Notes: a model not told the origin generated them from the sequence alone. Shown: positions 51,740 through 61,895, counted from the stretch's first letter. The stretch is DNA of 64,000 nt from Candidatus Bathyarchaeota archaeon (GCA_963775465.1 CAVZIW010000013.1:64001-128000), one strand, 5' to 3'. Made by a program: numbers and translations.

Positions 51740-52170
51740 TTACAGCTTCTTTTCCATTCAAAACTGTATAATAGAACTTTACCACTCCGTCTCCTTCGAG
51801 AGAAGAATAATGCCTTACCTCTCCTAGCACAAAGAATCTACTGAATAATTCCATTATATGCTGCAGAACAAAGTGATTCCATCTTTGCCCGTTTCTATAG
51901 CTAAAACATGCGGGCATATACAGATCACCCCCGCGAAGAATGTGGTGAACTCCCGTTATGAACTTGACTTGGTCCTCAACCTCAACATGGTGAAAACAAC
52001 CATATCAAAAACAAAATCAAATTCTCCATCGACAAAAGACAAATCAACAAAACTCTCACACAAGAAATCAATTTTTGCCTTGGCTAATCGCGATTTTTTC
52101 CCGGCAATATTTATTGCGGTTTTGGAGATATCTATACCCATTACGTCAAAGCCATTTTCTGTAACAATAA
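51740..52170 (-). pseudogene. frameshifted, 5'-truncated class I SAM methyltransferase
   Basis: GFDVMGIDIS...FDFVFD in one frame, CFHHV.. and CFSYRNG..NHF in others; no intact N-terminus. Confidence 0.7.
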
Positions 52171-52245
52171 AGAATACGCATAACAAAAACATTCCATGGA
52201 AGTTTTCGTTTTTTAGCACAAAAATTATTAGCTTTAAAAAGATAG

Positions 52246-53142
52246 TTGAATCAAGTATTTGGTGAATTACCCAAAGTGGCCTTTGAAATTCAAGATTTGC
52301 CCGATGTCATTCGGGTTATTGTTCTTTTAAATTTGAGCAAAGGTACTAAAATTAAGAAAACAACTTTAAAGAACCGAATTGACCGTGTCTGCGTAAACTA
52401 CACCTGCGTAGAAATGGAAGAGCTAGACAAAGCTCTGAAAGAAATGGCCATTGAAGGACTCATCTTCGAAAAAGATGGCACAGTACAATTAACAGTTCAG
52501 GGCCAAAAACTAAGCAAAGAATGGGAAAACCTGCTTCTAAAAAAGGAACCTATAATGGAGGTAGTTGCAGGTTTAGTCGACGGTGCCATAACAAGCTTAG
52601 TAGTCATTCTTTCGGCAATAATAGCAACCTTTACGGGCGCGACCTTGCTTGGAGAACCCAAAACACTAATTTTCGCTGCATTGCTAACGCTTAGCGCTGT
52701 AGCCATAACAAATTTCTCAAGTTTTCTCCTCGGCGGAATAACCGCAGACTTGGCAGACATCATTACTCTTCAAAATCTGATGAACTACAGTTTAAGCGAC
52801 ATACCTGACAAGAAAGAACGCGACAAATCTTTGCTGCTGGTCCAAAAACTCTTTACTTTGCTCAGTAAGCAGATACATCGCTCAAACCTTTTTGGAGCGA
52901 TAATTTCAGGAACAACAACATTTTTTGCAGGAATCCTACCAATTGCAACTTACTTACTTTTGCAGGAGATCTCTCCTCTAAACATAATTTTAGCCTTTAC
53001 TGAAGTTGCAACTATTTCAGGAGTATTTCTAGTTAGATACCGTTCCAAGAAGACTCGAGTAAACTGGAAAGTAACCCTTGTCGAAACATTAGTAATCGTT
53101 ATAATCGCAACGGTTGTGTCCTTGATACTTGGAGCAATATAA
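52246..53142 (+). CDS. N-terminal wHTH fused to a VIT1/CCC1-like membrane domain
   Basis: Wing 'EGLIFEKDGTVQLTVQG'; VIT-like VVAGLVDGAITSL and TFFAGILPIATY; about 5 TM. Confidence 0.65.
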   Translation: MNQVFGELPKVAFEIQDLPDVIRVIVLLNLSKGTKIKKTTLKNRIDRVCVNYTCVEMEELDKALKEMAIEGLIFEKDGTVQLTVQGQKLSKEWENLLLKKEPIMEVVAGLVDGAITSLVVILSAIIATFTGATLLGEPKTLIFAALLTLSAVAITNFSSFLLGGITADLADIITLQNLMNYSLSDIPDKKERDKSLLLVQKLFTLLSKQIHRSNLFGAIISGTTTFFAGILPIATYLLLQEISPLNIILAFTEVATISGVFLVRYRSKKTRVNWKVTLVETLVIVIIATVVSLILGAI

Positions 53143-53159
53143 TAGCTAAAACAAAATGA

Positions 53160-53255
53160 CCGCGCTCAACCATTAAGCACTTATCCATAACGCTATCAGC
53201 CCCCCGCTTTCAACGCAGTCTCATAAGCCTTATCATTCTAAATCACCATACCACC
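53160..53255 (-). pseudogene. remnant resembling the C-terminus of a CoA-binding (YccU-like) protein
   Basis: Fragments NDKAYETALK and VMDKCLMVER across frames with stops. Confidence 0.3.
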
Positions 53256-53416
53256 AACTGAAAAACATGATACATTGATTGGGTAACATTTTTACTATAC
53301 TTATTTTTATGACACTTTTGCTGGCTTCCTTTATAATGTCTAATATAAGGTTTCTCATCGTACGTTTATTGGTTATAAAAATCAGCAAAAATACGTTTTA
53401 ATTAATCTTAAAATGA

Positions 53417-53794
53417 TTATTCACGGCAAAAGAAACAATTTTTCGCCCATTCGTTAGGCATTTCTTTTTGACAGCGTTTGCACATTAAACCTTGTTCTCG
53501 GATTGCTTGACAGGTTTGGCAGAAGAGCTTTAGGATTTCAGCTTTGTTCTGGGGATGTTTTAGAAGGCTAATTACCATTTGGTCAATTAACGTTAAAACT
53601 TCACTTGCGTCTTCAAGTGAGAGTTGATTACCTCTTTCTCCTCCAATGTATCTGCTAACAGCAGATTGTGATAGACCAAGGATGTTAGCGGTTTGTTTTT
53701 CGTTTAGACCATGTTTTTCTACGATTGACCTTGCCATTATCGCTTTGACTGCTGGCAAGACTGTTTTAACTCCGACTTCACAGGGTAGTATCAA
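53417..53794 (-). CDS. Cys-rich HTH transcriptional regulator (COG2522-like)
   Basis: LPCEV..TVLPAVKA, ANILGLSQSAVSRY HTH, CQTC/CKRC/CFFC; TTG start at 53794. Confidence 0.85.
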   Translation of the reverse strand: MILPCEVGVKTVLPAVKAIMARSIVEKHGLNEKQTANILGLSQSAVSRYIGGERGNQLSLEDASEVLTLIDQMVISLLKHPQNKAEILKLFCQTCQAIREQGLMCKRCQKEMPNEWAKNCFFCRE

Positions 53795-53840
53795 GTTCTT
53801 ACACCGATTAAGGGTATTTCTGGGGAAAACATATTTAAAT

Positions 53841-53873
53841 ATGACGCTTGTCATAAGTTATGACGCGTGTCAA
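53841..53873. promoter_or_regulatory. tandem palindromic operator boxes ATGAC-N4-GTCAT
   Basis: ATGACGCTTGTCAT (53841-53854) and ATGACGCGTGTCAA (53860-53873) next to ATTTAAAT, between divergent regulator genes. Confidence 0.65.
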
Positions 53874-53952
53874 AACGGGATAGCTAAAAAAATTTCACCA
53901 GACTTCTCAATGCTCCCCGTAACAATTACACGCATTGGGGGAAAAAAGCAAA

Positions 53953-54900
53953 ATGGGTAATGTCCTATCAATCAGAAATAGTGAAAACAACAAAGACTTA
54001 TCCACAATGCTCAAAACGTTAGATGCTGAATGCCGAAACTGCGCGCCAATAACACCTCTAGAGTGCATTAACCGTTGTCATGTGTACAAACTCAAAAACG
54101 AACTTCGAAAACTACGTGAAGCAATGGACAAACCCAACTACCTTAAAGAACTGTATAATGCTTTGAAAAATGAGACGCGTCTGCACATTCTAAAATCAAT
54201 CGTTAATGGTCGATATTCAGTGAGCCAACTCCAGCAGGAACTAAAAAAAACTGGACACTCACACAGTCAAGAAACCATCAATGAGGAATATCTTCAACCC
54301 TTAATGGCAGTGGGTTTAGCAACTGAATCACGTGATGAATACTACGCAACAACATTCGGGGGAAGACTAACCGAGCTGCTTATCGAATTTCCAGAATTTG
54401 TTGAAGTCCTACCTGCACATTCTGAATGCTACGAGGAAATGCTCCTAAGAGCTTTATTACCTGGACCAAAAACCTTCGAGAGCATTGAAACCATAATTTC
54501 CCCAAAAATAGCGTCCAGAATCTTAAAACGCCTTCGTCAAGTCGGTCTAATACAAACTCCTGAAGAGAGAGATTATATTTTCTTCTTTAAATCTAAACGA
54601 GATCCAAATAAAGAAGCCTTTACCACAACTGAAAGAAAAATTTATGAAGCCATACCCAAAGAGGGAATATCGGCTGGAAAACTTGCAAAAGAAACAGAAC
54701 TCTCAATGAGAAGGACTTACAAGTACCTCAGAGGCTTGAAAGGTAAAAAACTCGTTTTTATAAGAAGAACACCAAAAGCCTATGGTTTGACGGATAAAGG
54801 GGAAATGCTAGCTTCAGTTTTGGAAGAAGTACAGCAAATTGTCGACGAAACATGGATTTCTTCTCAGCAGATCTTCAATAACAGTTGCAACAACGCATAG
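53953..54900 (+). CDS. multi-wHTH protein with N-terminal four-Cys cluster
   Basis: CRNC-x6-C-x3-C followed by three wHTH-like units. Confidence 0.75.
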   Translation: MGNVLSIRNSENNKDLSTMLKTLDAECRNCAPITPLECINRCHVYKLKNELRKLREAMDKPNYLKELYNALKNETRLHILKSIVNGRYSVSQLQQELKKTGHSHSQETINEEYLQPLMAVGLATESRDEYYATTFGGRLTELLIEFPEFVEVLPAHSECYEEMLLRALLPGPKTFESIETIISPKIASRILKRLRQVGLIQTPEERDYIFFFKSKRDPNKEAFTTTERKIYEAIPKEGISAGKLAKETELSMRRTYKYLRGLKGKKLVFIRRTPKAYGLTDKGEMLASVLEEVQQIVDETWISSQQIFNNSCNNA

Positions 54901-54937
54901 TTGCACTCTGTAAATAGTAGTAATTATTCTTTTGTCT

Positions 54938-55417
54938 TTAGCCGGGAGCACCGTGAAATGGAACGTTTTCCCAGAGCATTTTCCACCAATCCGCCTCTGT
55001 TATAGTTTCTCCATGAACTATTATTTCCAAAACCATCTTCAACATAGCATGGTGTCTGCATTCATCGTTTAATATGGCTTTTAAGAGGAAAACAACCTTC
55101 TCATTCTCTATGTCCGGGATCATTTCTTGGAGCTTTTTGATTAATTCCGCTTCAATTTCAATGTGCTTCTTTATTAAAGCTCTTTGCTCGTCTAGGTTAC
55201 CTTGATTTAATGCTGTGGAAGCCTGAGTTAACAAAGTAATAGCTGCAGAATAAAGTTCAGCGTGCTTAACAGAATCTAAAGACACTCCTTTCAGTACACC
55301 TTTGACAGCGGGGTTTTTCATGTTAACTATAGCTTTCTCCAATGATTCGACGATTTGGTTCTCAACCATAATCTGATTTTTCAAAAAATCGAGGAGATCG
55401 ATGTTCTTTTTTACCAT
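54938..55417 (-). CDS. ferritin-like four-helix-bundle protein
   Basis: E...DSVKH and E...DECRH di-metal-like motifs. Confidence 0.8.
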   Translation of the reverse strand: MVKKNIDLLDFLKNQIMVENQIVESLEKAIVNMKNPAVKGVLKGVSLDSVKHAELYSAAITLLTQASTALNQGNLDEQRALIKKHIEIEAELIKKLQEMIPDIENEKVVFLLKAILNDECRHHAMLKMVLEIIVHGETITEADWWKMLWENVPFHGAPG

Positions 55418-55439
55418 AATTTTCTCCTACCGCTAAATG

Positions 55440-55880
55440 TTAAGCCTTCTTCATCAAGCTTTCGGAAATCTTCTGTCCAAGTTCCCTGCAAGCGATTAAT
55501 GCTTGCTGATCAGGCAGATATCTCGCAAGCAAAGGCAATTGCACAATTTCCATTTCAAACTTGTTCTTCATTATTTCTAAAATAAGTTTTGGGGCTTCTC
55601 CGCTCCACCCATAAGAACCAAAGACTCCACCCACTTTTCCTTTCAAGTTTATGCCCTTAATTGCTGCCTCCTCAAAAAGATTCTTGAAGTCGACAGGTAT
55701 GTCATGATGATAAGTTGGTGCGCCAACAACTATTGCGTCAAAAGAATCGAGGCTACCAGCGTCAACGTGAAAAGATACTTCAACGTCTACATCGTTGCTT
55801 TTTGCCCCTTCAGCCACAGCATTGGCCATTCTTTCAGTGTTGCCTGTCCGACTGTAATATAGAATTAGTATTTTTTTCAT
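55440..55880 (-). CDS. flavodoxin
   Basis: YYSRTGNTERMA, GAPTY, FGSYGWSGEA. Confidence 0.93.
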   Translation of the reverse strand: MKKILILYYSRTGNTERMANAVAEGAKSNDVDVEVSFHVDAGSLDSFDAIVVGAPTYHHDIPVDFKNLFEEAAIKGINLKGKVGGVFGSYGWSGEAPKLILEIMKNKFEMEIVQLPLLARYLPDQQALIACRELGQKISESLMKKA

Positions 55881-56129
55881 AAAAATAAATTTAGAATTAG
55901 AATATTTCAACCTTTGCTTACTATATATAAAAATAAGTAGATTTATCAATTTTTTATTTCAGAATACTCTTTCCCGATAGTTTGCTTGATATTCAAAGTT
56001 TACATGTTGTTCTTAATTTATTTAACCCAAAAAGGTGTCTTTTCTATATAGAAGTAGAATAAAGGAACCTTTTACCTTTTAGACGAGAAGAAAAGAGTAA
56101 ACAAAGGTTTTCCTGCAATCGCATATTGC

Positions 56130-56426
56130 TTATCGGATATGTTTTCTTACTTTTTGCCCACCACGGTGGCCCGCTTCCTCTAAACTAGTTTTACCATATG
56201 CTTCCGGCGAACCTTCATGTTGCTTGGCTCTTTCTGAACCTCCTTTGCTGCCTATTTCACTGTAAAATTCTGAACCTCGCTCCATTGAGACTTTTTCGCC
56301 TCCTTTGCGACCTATCGCTTCGTAGAATTCTCGCCCGTGAGTTGCGGCAGTTTTCTCTCCGCCTCTTCTTCCTGCCTCAGCTACAGTCATTTTTCCTTTT
56401 TTGGTTTCTTCAGTTCGTGTACTCAA
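56130..56426 (-). CDS. KGG-repeat (GsiB/Con-10/Em-like) general stress protein
   Basis: Repeats EAGRRGGE, EFYEAIGRKGGE, EFYSEIGSKGG; GGAGGTGA RBS then TTG. Confidence 0.88.
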   Translation of the reverse strand: MSTRTEETKKGKMTVAEAGRRGGEKTAATHGREFYEAIGRKGGEKVSMERGSEFYSEIGSKGGSERAKQHEGSPEAYGKTSLEEAGHRGGQKVRKHIR

Positions 56427-56662
56427 AAACTCACCTCCCATTAAACTGCGAAAAAGATATCATAAATAAAGCTGAAGGACTGTTCATAAACTTATGTTGT
56501 TGTAGTATAGCAGTAACATGCCAGCTATTTTTTTCAAAAGAACTGTATCATAATTGAATAGCGCACAAATCCCCTAATGCGTCTACGACTAAAATTATGC
56601 TTCATTGTAAATTGATTTAAATATTTCCCACAGTCAACTAAACAATAATACTGGGTACTAAA

Positions 56663-58144
56663 ATGAAAGTGCTCCTGATAAATCCGCCCCAAACTTTTTA
56701 TCCGGGCTCAGAACAGCCGGCTGGGAACCTACCTATAGGCTTGATGTACCTAGCCGCTTTACTTCAAAAGGCTAATTTCAAAGTTGAGATTTTGGATGCA
56801 TTTATGGTTGACTCAGTGTTCCAAAGAAATGGTGTTGAAACAATCGTTGGCATGCCATTGACAAGAATAAGGCAGGAATTAATCAAAAGAAAACCTGACG
56901 TAGTAGGCATATCTGGACCTTTTACTTGCCAAATTGATAACGCTGTCAAAATCAGCAATTTAGTCAAAGAAGTTAATCCGAATATACTAACAGTAACTGG
57001 TGGTCCCCATGTTACTTTGGCGCCTGAAGCGTTCTTGAAGGAAGCAAAAGACGTAGACATAGTAGTCAGAGGTGAAGGCGAATACACCATGCTTGAAATA
57101 GCTCAAGCTTTTGAAGACAGAAAACAAATGGACAGAATATTAGGAATTGCCTATCGTCAACGTGGAAAAATCAGACTGAATTCTCCTAGACCTCTTATTA
57201 AAAATTTGGATGAATTACCCTATCCAGCGTATAATTTAGTGGATATGGAGCGTTATTTGAGCTCAAAAAAGATTGGTTACCGAAGCTTCAAGGATCGAGC
57301 CATTTCAATGATTACAAGCCGTGGCTGCCCTTTCAATTGCTGCTTTTGTGCAGTCCACTTACATATGGGCAGATATTTTAGGGCTCATTCAGCAAACTAT
57401 GTAGTTGACCATATTCAATTTGTCGTTAAAAAGTTCAAAGTCCGGAACGTTTTTTTTGAAGATGATAATTTAACCCTTGACATCGAACGATTCGAAAACA
57501 TCTGCAACAATATTATTTCAAGAAATATCAATATTAGTTGGGAAACACCAAATGGTGTCCGGGCAGACTGCCTAAATAGGGAATTGCTAAAGAAAATGAA
57601 ACAATCAGGCTGCAAGAGTGTTTTTATTGGAGTGGAATCAGGCGACCAGCAAATCCTTAACAACGTTATATGTAAGAGTCTTGACTTAAACCGTGTGTTA
57701 GAATTTGCTAAGGACGCTAAGGAAATCGGATTAAAAACAGGGGCTTTCTACATTATAGGTTTTCCAGGAGAGACAAAGGAAAACATGCAAAAAACAGTGG
57801 ATTTTGCGTTAAGGCTCAAACGAGATTATGATGTTGGGATGCATTTGTTTGTCGCAACACCATCTTTCGGAACCCGATTGTATGAAGAATGCATCATTAA
57901 AGGATACGTTGAAGAGAACTTGACCTGGAACGCTTTTGCTCAGGCCAGACAACCCAAAGGGATGCCACTAATAACTACTAAGGATTTTACCCCGGCACAA
58001 GTGAAGGAGATAGCCGCTAGAGCAATGGCTCAATACAAGAGACTATCATTAATAAACCACCTAAAAAATCCGCACATAGTTCTGAAAACAGCATTTGAAC
58101 AGCCACAACTAATCGGAAAATACATTAAAGCATTATTCCATTAA
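56663..58144 (+). CDS. B12-binding-domain radical SAM protein
   Basis: PIGLMYLAA, GGPH, GEGE, TSRGCPFNCCFC, GVESG, GFPGET. Confidence 0.93.
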   Translation: MKVLLINPPQTFYPGSEQPAGNLPIGLMYLAALLQKANFKVEILDAFMVDSVFQRNGVETIVGMPLTRIRQELIKRKPDVVGISGPFTCQIDNAVKISNLVKEVNPNILTVTGGPHVTLAPEAFLKEAKDVDIVVRGEGEYTMLEIAQAFEDRKQMDRILGIAYRQRGKIRLNSPRPLIKNLDELPYPAYNLVDMERYLSSKKIGYRSFKDRAISMITSRGCPFNCCFCAVHLHMGRYFRAHSANYVVDHIQFVVKKFKVRNVFFEDDNLTLDIERFENICNNIISRNINISWETPNGVRADCLNRELLKKMKQSGCKSVFIGVESGDQQILNNVICKSLDLNRVLEFAKDAKEIGLKTGAFYIIGFPGETKENMQKTVDFALRLKRDYDVGMHLFVATPSFGTRLYEECIIKGYVEENLTWNAFAQARQPKGMPLITTKDFTPAQVKEIAARAMAQYKRLSLINHLKNPHIVLKTAFEQPQLIGKYIKALFH

Positions 58145-58219
58145 CAGTTAACTTTGGTTTAACGACCCCCCTCTTCTTTGTTGATCTACTGAAATATAAA
58201 AAAGGCAAAAGTTTCTGAT

Positions 58220-59263
58220 TTAGAAGTGTTTTGCGATTCTTTGGATGGCTGTTGCTGTCAGCCTTGCAGAAACTTCAATATCTTTGAGGTGAACCATCCC
58301 AACAGGGCTATGGATATACCTTGTTGGCACTGAAATTGTTCCGCATGGAATTCCTTGACGCGTGATGGAGATCCTTGCTGCATCCGTACTACCAAGCAAA
58401 CCCGATTCGAGTTGAAACGGGATTTTTTTCTCTTCCGCCGAATCGATTAACCACCGTAAGACTTTTGGATGAGCTATCAAACCGGAATCTGAAATAGTTA
58501 ATGCTGGTCCTTTTCCCATCTTTGCACTGGCATCAAATTCTCTGACTCCAGGAACATCACCGGCTATTGTAACATCCAAAGCTAAAGCAAGGTCAGGATC
58601 GACGCCAAAAGCAGCCGCTGCCGCACCTCTTAGACCAACTTCTTCTTGGATAGTTCCAACTGCGCATACAGTACAATCTGTTTTTTTAAGCAATTTTAGG
58701 GTTTCAACCATTGCGACGCACCCTACACGGTTGTCGAATGCTTTACCGATAGCAACATCATTACCAAGATTAGTGTATTTAATGTCAAACGCTATTGGGT
58801 CACCTATTGCTACACCAATTTTGGAGGCAGCTTCTTTGTTCTCCGCACCTACGTCTATGAAAAGGTCATCGTACGTTATGATTTTTTTGCGTTCTTCCTC
58901 TTTTTGTATGTGTGGTGGTTTGGAACCGATAATACCTAAACGTGCACCCTTTTGGGTATAAATGATGACTTTTTGAGCAAGCAAAATGCGGTCGTCAATG
59001 CCGCCCATCTTTGAAAACTTAACAAAGCCATCTTTGGTGATTGTTTTCACCATTAAACCGACTTCATCCATGTGGGCTGCAAGCATGATTTTTGGAGCTT
59101 TAGGTTCCCCATTTTTGACTGCAATAACATTTTCTAGTTTGTCAATTTGAACTTCGTCTGAATAGGGTTTAAGGAGTTGAACCATTATATCTCTAACTTG
59201 GCTTTCTCTGCCTGTTACTCCACAGGCGTTTGAGAGAACCTCTAAGTTTTCGTTTATAGACAA
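58220..59263 (-). CDS. M42 family (TET-like) aminopeptidase
   Basis: AAHMDE, GGID, KAFDNR, QEEVGLRGA, TRYIHS. Confidence 0.95.
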   Translation of the reverse strand: MSINENLEVLSNACGVTGRESQVRDIMVQLLKPYSDEVQIDKLENVIAVKNGEPKAPKIMLAAHMDEVGLMVKTITKDGFVKFSKMGGIDDRILLAQKVIIYTQKGARLGIIGSKPPHIQKEEERKKIITYDDLFIDVGAENKEAASKIGVAIGDPIAFDIKYTNLGNDVAIGKAFDNRVGCVAMVETLKLLKKTDCTVCAVGTIQEEVGLRGAAAAAFGVDPDLALALDVTIAGDVPGVREFDASAKMGKGPALTISDSGLIAHPKVLRWLIDSAEEKKIPFQLESGLLGSTDAARISITRQGIPCGTISVPTRYIHSPVGMVHLKDIEVSARLTATAIQRIAKHF

Positions 59264-59401
59264 ATTAATTTGCCTTCTTGCTGTAATGTAGATGGTTTAA
59301 GGGTTTTGTTATTAAACGGTTGCGGTGTAAAGTGATTATTTGCGTTCTGGACAAATCTTAAATCATTAAACTGTATCACACAAGGATTAAAGGTGTACAA
59401 A

Positions 59402-60334
59402 ATGGCACAACCAAGTTTCAAAACAGTTTTCGTTTTCTTAGACACAGACAAATACTGCAGTCCATTTGACATGCTAGTAGCAATTGATGCTTTCCCAGAC
59501 TCAATGATATTCAAATACGAAAATGTCACAGCTGACGACGCATCAAAAATCGTATTCGACGCGCTCTTTCCACGAGGACCAATGGGTGCAGCACACACAA
59601 AAATCTTCATCAACGGTAGCAACTTTGAAATGGTCGAACAGGTCGTTGCTGCCACCCAAAATGCAATGGCATCTGCACCATGGGGGAACTCTATCATCGT
59701 TGATCCAAGAGGCGCATACTCAACTGCAGCAGGCGCCGTCGCAAAAACCCTAAGCTTATCATTAGAAAAAGGTATCGGAACATTGGAAGGCAAAAATGTC
59801 ACAGTGCTAGCGGGAACAGGACCTGTAGGACAAACTGCAGCAAGAATCTATGCATCAGAAAAAGCAAACGTGATCATCACATCTCGTTCAATTGCAAAGG
59901 GACAGGCTGTCGCTGATAAAATCAATAAAGAAGCAGGTACGGAACGGGTTAAAGTAGTTGAAGTTACTAAACCTGAACAAACCGCAGCATCTATAAAAAA
60001 TGCAGAAATCATTCTGTCAGCGGGAGCAGGCGGAATCCAACTTCTAAGCAATGAAGACCTAAAAAGAAACGCGACTAAATGTAAAATCGTGGCAGATATA
60101 AACGCAATTAAACCGGTCGGAGTTGAAGGCTTAGAATCAAATGATGACGGCAAAGAAATCAAAACCGGGGTCTTCGGAATCGGAGCATTAGCCATTGGCA
60201 AACTAAAAATCAAGATAGAAACTGATATGATTAAACGCGCAACTGCAGCATCTCAAGGTCTATTCGACTACGCTATTGCATACGACATTGGTAAAGCACA
60301 GATTTTAAAGAAATTAGCTAAAACGAAAGCCTAA
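59402..60334 (+). CDS. NAD(P)-dependent methylene-H4MPT/H4F dehydrogenase (MtdA/MtdB-like)
   Basis: SPFD..AIDA, FPRGP, T.IFING, DPRGAYSTAA, AGTGPVG Rossmann motif, DINA..P.GVEG, GALAIG..K. Confidence 0.85.
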   Translation: MAQPSFKTVFVFLDTDKYCSPFDMLVAIDAFPDSMIFKYENVTADDASKIVFDALFPRGPMGAAHTKIFINGSNFEMVEQVVAATQNAMASAPWGNSIIVDPRGAYSTAAGAVAKTLSLSLEKGIGTLEGKNVTVLAGTGPVGQTAARIYASEKANVIITSRSIAKGQAVADKINKEAGTERVKVVEVTKPEQTAASIKNAEIILSAGAGGIQLLSNEDLKRNATKCKIVADINAIKPVGVEGLESNDDGKEIKTGVFGIGALAIGKLKIKIETDMIKRATAASQGLFDYAIAYDIGKAQILKKLAKTKA

Positions 60335-60484
60335 AAAGCGACCACTTTTTATTTTCTTTTCTTATTTTTCTAATTACACACACCCTTATTGAATTCTAGA
60401 CAGCAGAGTTCTTTTTGAAAAAGAAAATTATTGAAAATATCTACAAGAAATTTAAATATAATGGCTGATTATCAACAAAGTAAG

Positions 60485-61549
60485 ATGGCTATCCTCACCG
60501 ACACCCTCCAACAATTTTTTAATTTGGATAGTGGAACTGCGGAAATTATATCTTCCATAATCATATTTGTAGCGGTCGCCTTAGTTGGATGGGGCGCCTA
60601 CATGATTTTTAACAAGTATTTTTCCAAATGGGCAAAGAAGACTGAAACTACCCTAGATGACGATATTCTTGCAGCTGTCAAAGTCATAATTATAATAATG
60701 ATCGTCATAATCGGAATTGAATATGCTCTTCAACCGCTCTCGTTTCTTCAACCGTTCAACAGCACCCTAACGGCAATATTTACCATCTTAGAAGTTTTCT
60801 TAGGTGCATTTGCAGTTACCCGCGTCTCAAACATAATAGCCGACTGGTATACAAGCAGAACAGCTCTTATGGCAGGAAAAAACAGTCATCATTTGCTATT
60901 TATTTTGAAAAAAATTATTCAATTAGTGGTGTATATCAGCGCCTTTCTTCTTCTACTATACATATTCAATGTTAACCTCACTGGAGCAGTGGTAGGCTTA
61001 GGAGTGGGAGGCATCGCCATAGCATTTGCCCTGCAAAGTACCTTAAGCGATTTCTTTAGCGCGTTCTCAATTTACTTTGACAGACCGTTTGAAATCGGGG
61101 ATTTCATCGTTGTTGGAGAGTACAGCGGAACAGTCAATAACATCGGAATCAGATCAACCAGACTTCAACTTCTACAAGGCGAAGAACTAGTGATCTCAAA
61201 CAAAGAACTAACAAGCGGCAGCGTGCGTAATTTTAGAAAACTTGAAAAAAGGCGTGTATCGTTTACTATTGGTGTAACCTACGATACTTCAGTTGAAAAA
61301 CTCAGAAAAATACCAGTAATTATTTCAGAAATAATCAAGAAAACAGAATTAGCAATTTTTAATCGAGCGAATTTTACCGAGTTTGGTGATTTTAGCCTGA
61401 AATTCCTCGTCATCTACTATGTTGATTCATCAGATTGGGGGCAATATTTGGAGACCCAAGAAAAAATTAATTTCGCCATAAAGGAAGCTTTTGAGCAGGA
61501 AGGCATAGAGATGGCTTTCCCAACAAACACCATTTATGTTAAAAAATAG
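60485..61549 (+). CDS. mscS: small-conductance mechanosensitive channel
   Basis: GLGVGGIAIAFALQ, DRPFEIGD, IGIRST, GIEMAFPT. Confidence 0.95.
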   Translation: MAILTDTLQQFFNLDSGTAEIISSIIIFVAVALVGWGAYMIFNKYFSKWAKKTETTLDDDILAAVKVIIIIMIVIIGIEYALQPLSFLQPFNSTLTAIFTILEVFLGAFAVTRVSNIIADWYTSRTALMAGKNSHHLLFILKKIIQLVVYISAFLLLLYIFNVNLTGAVVGLGVGGIAIAFALQSTLSDFFSAFSIYFDRPFEIGDFIVVGEYSGTVNNIGIRSTRLQLLQGEELVISNKELTSGSVRNFRKLEKRRVSFTIGVTYDTSVEKLRKIPVIISEIIKKTELAIFNRANFTEFGDFSLKFLVIYYVDSSDWGQYLETQEKINFAIKEAFEQEGIEMAFPTNTIYVKK

Positions 61550-61895
61550 AAAAGCTTCGCTTTTTGAGGCTGAAATGCTGTTTCTTTTGCAATCGCAGGT
61601 CTATTTATTGCAAAAATCAAATATTTTGCGAATAGATTCTTGGTTTTGGCAGTTGGGATAGATTGACGCCAATCGTGCTCACAAGTTACCAAAAAAGTAA
61701 GTAGTGACAAATCAGAAGACTCTGACTGTTAAGAAAGACGGATGTACCCAAAATGATCTTTTAGCTGATTCAGCAAACCTTTAGCTTTGTCCAAGCAGCA
61801 AAAACTTTTCCTTCTTTTTGTGCCTGTTTCTGCAAAATCAAAAACCGAAAAAAGTATTTACTCAGAGTATTAAGAAGAATTTTCAAACAAAAGAA

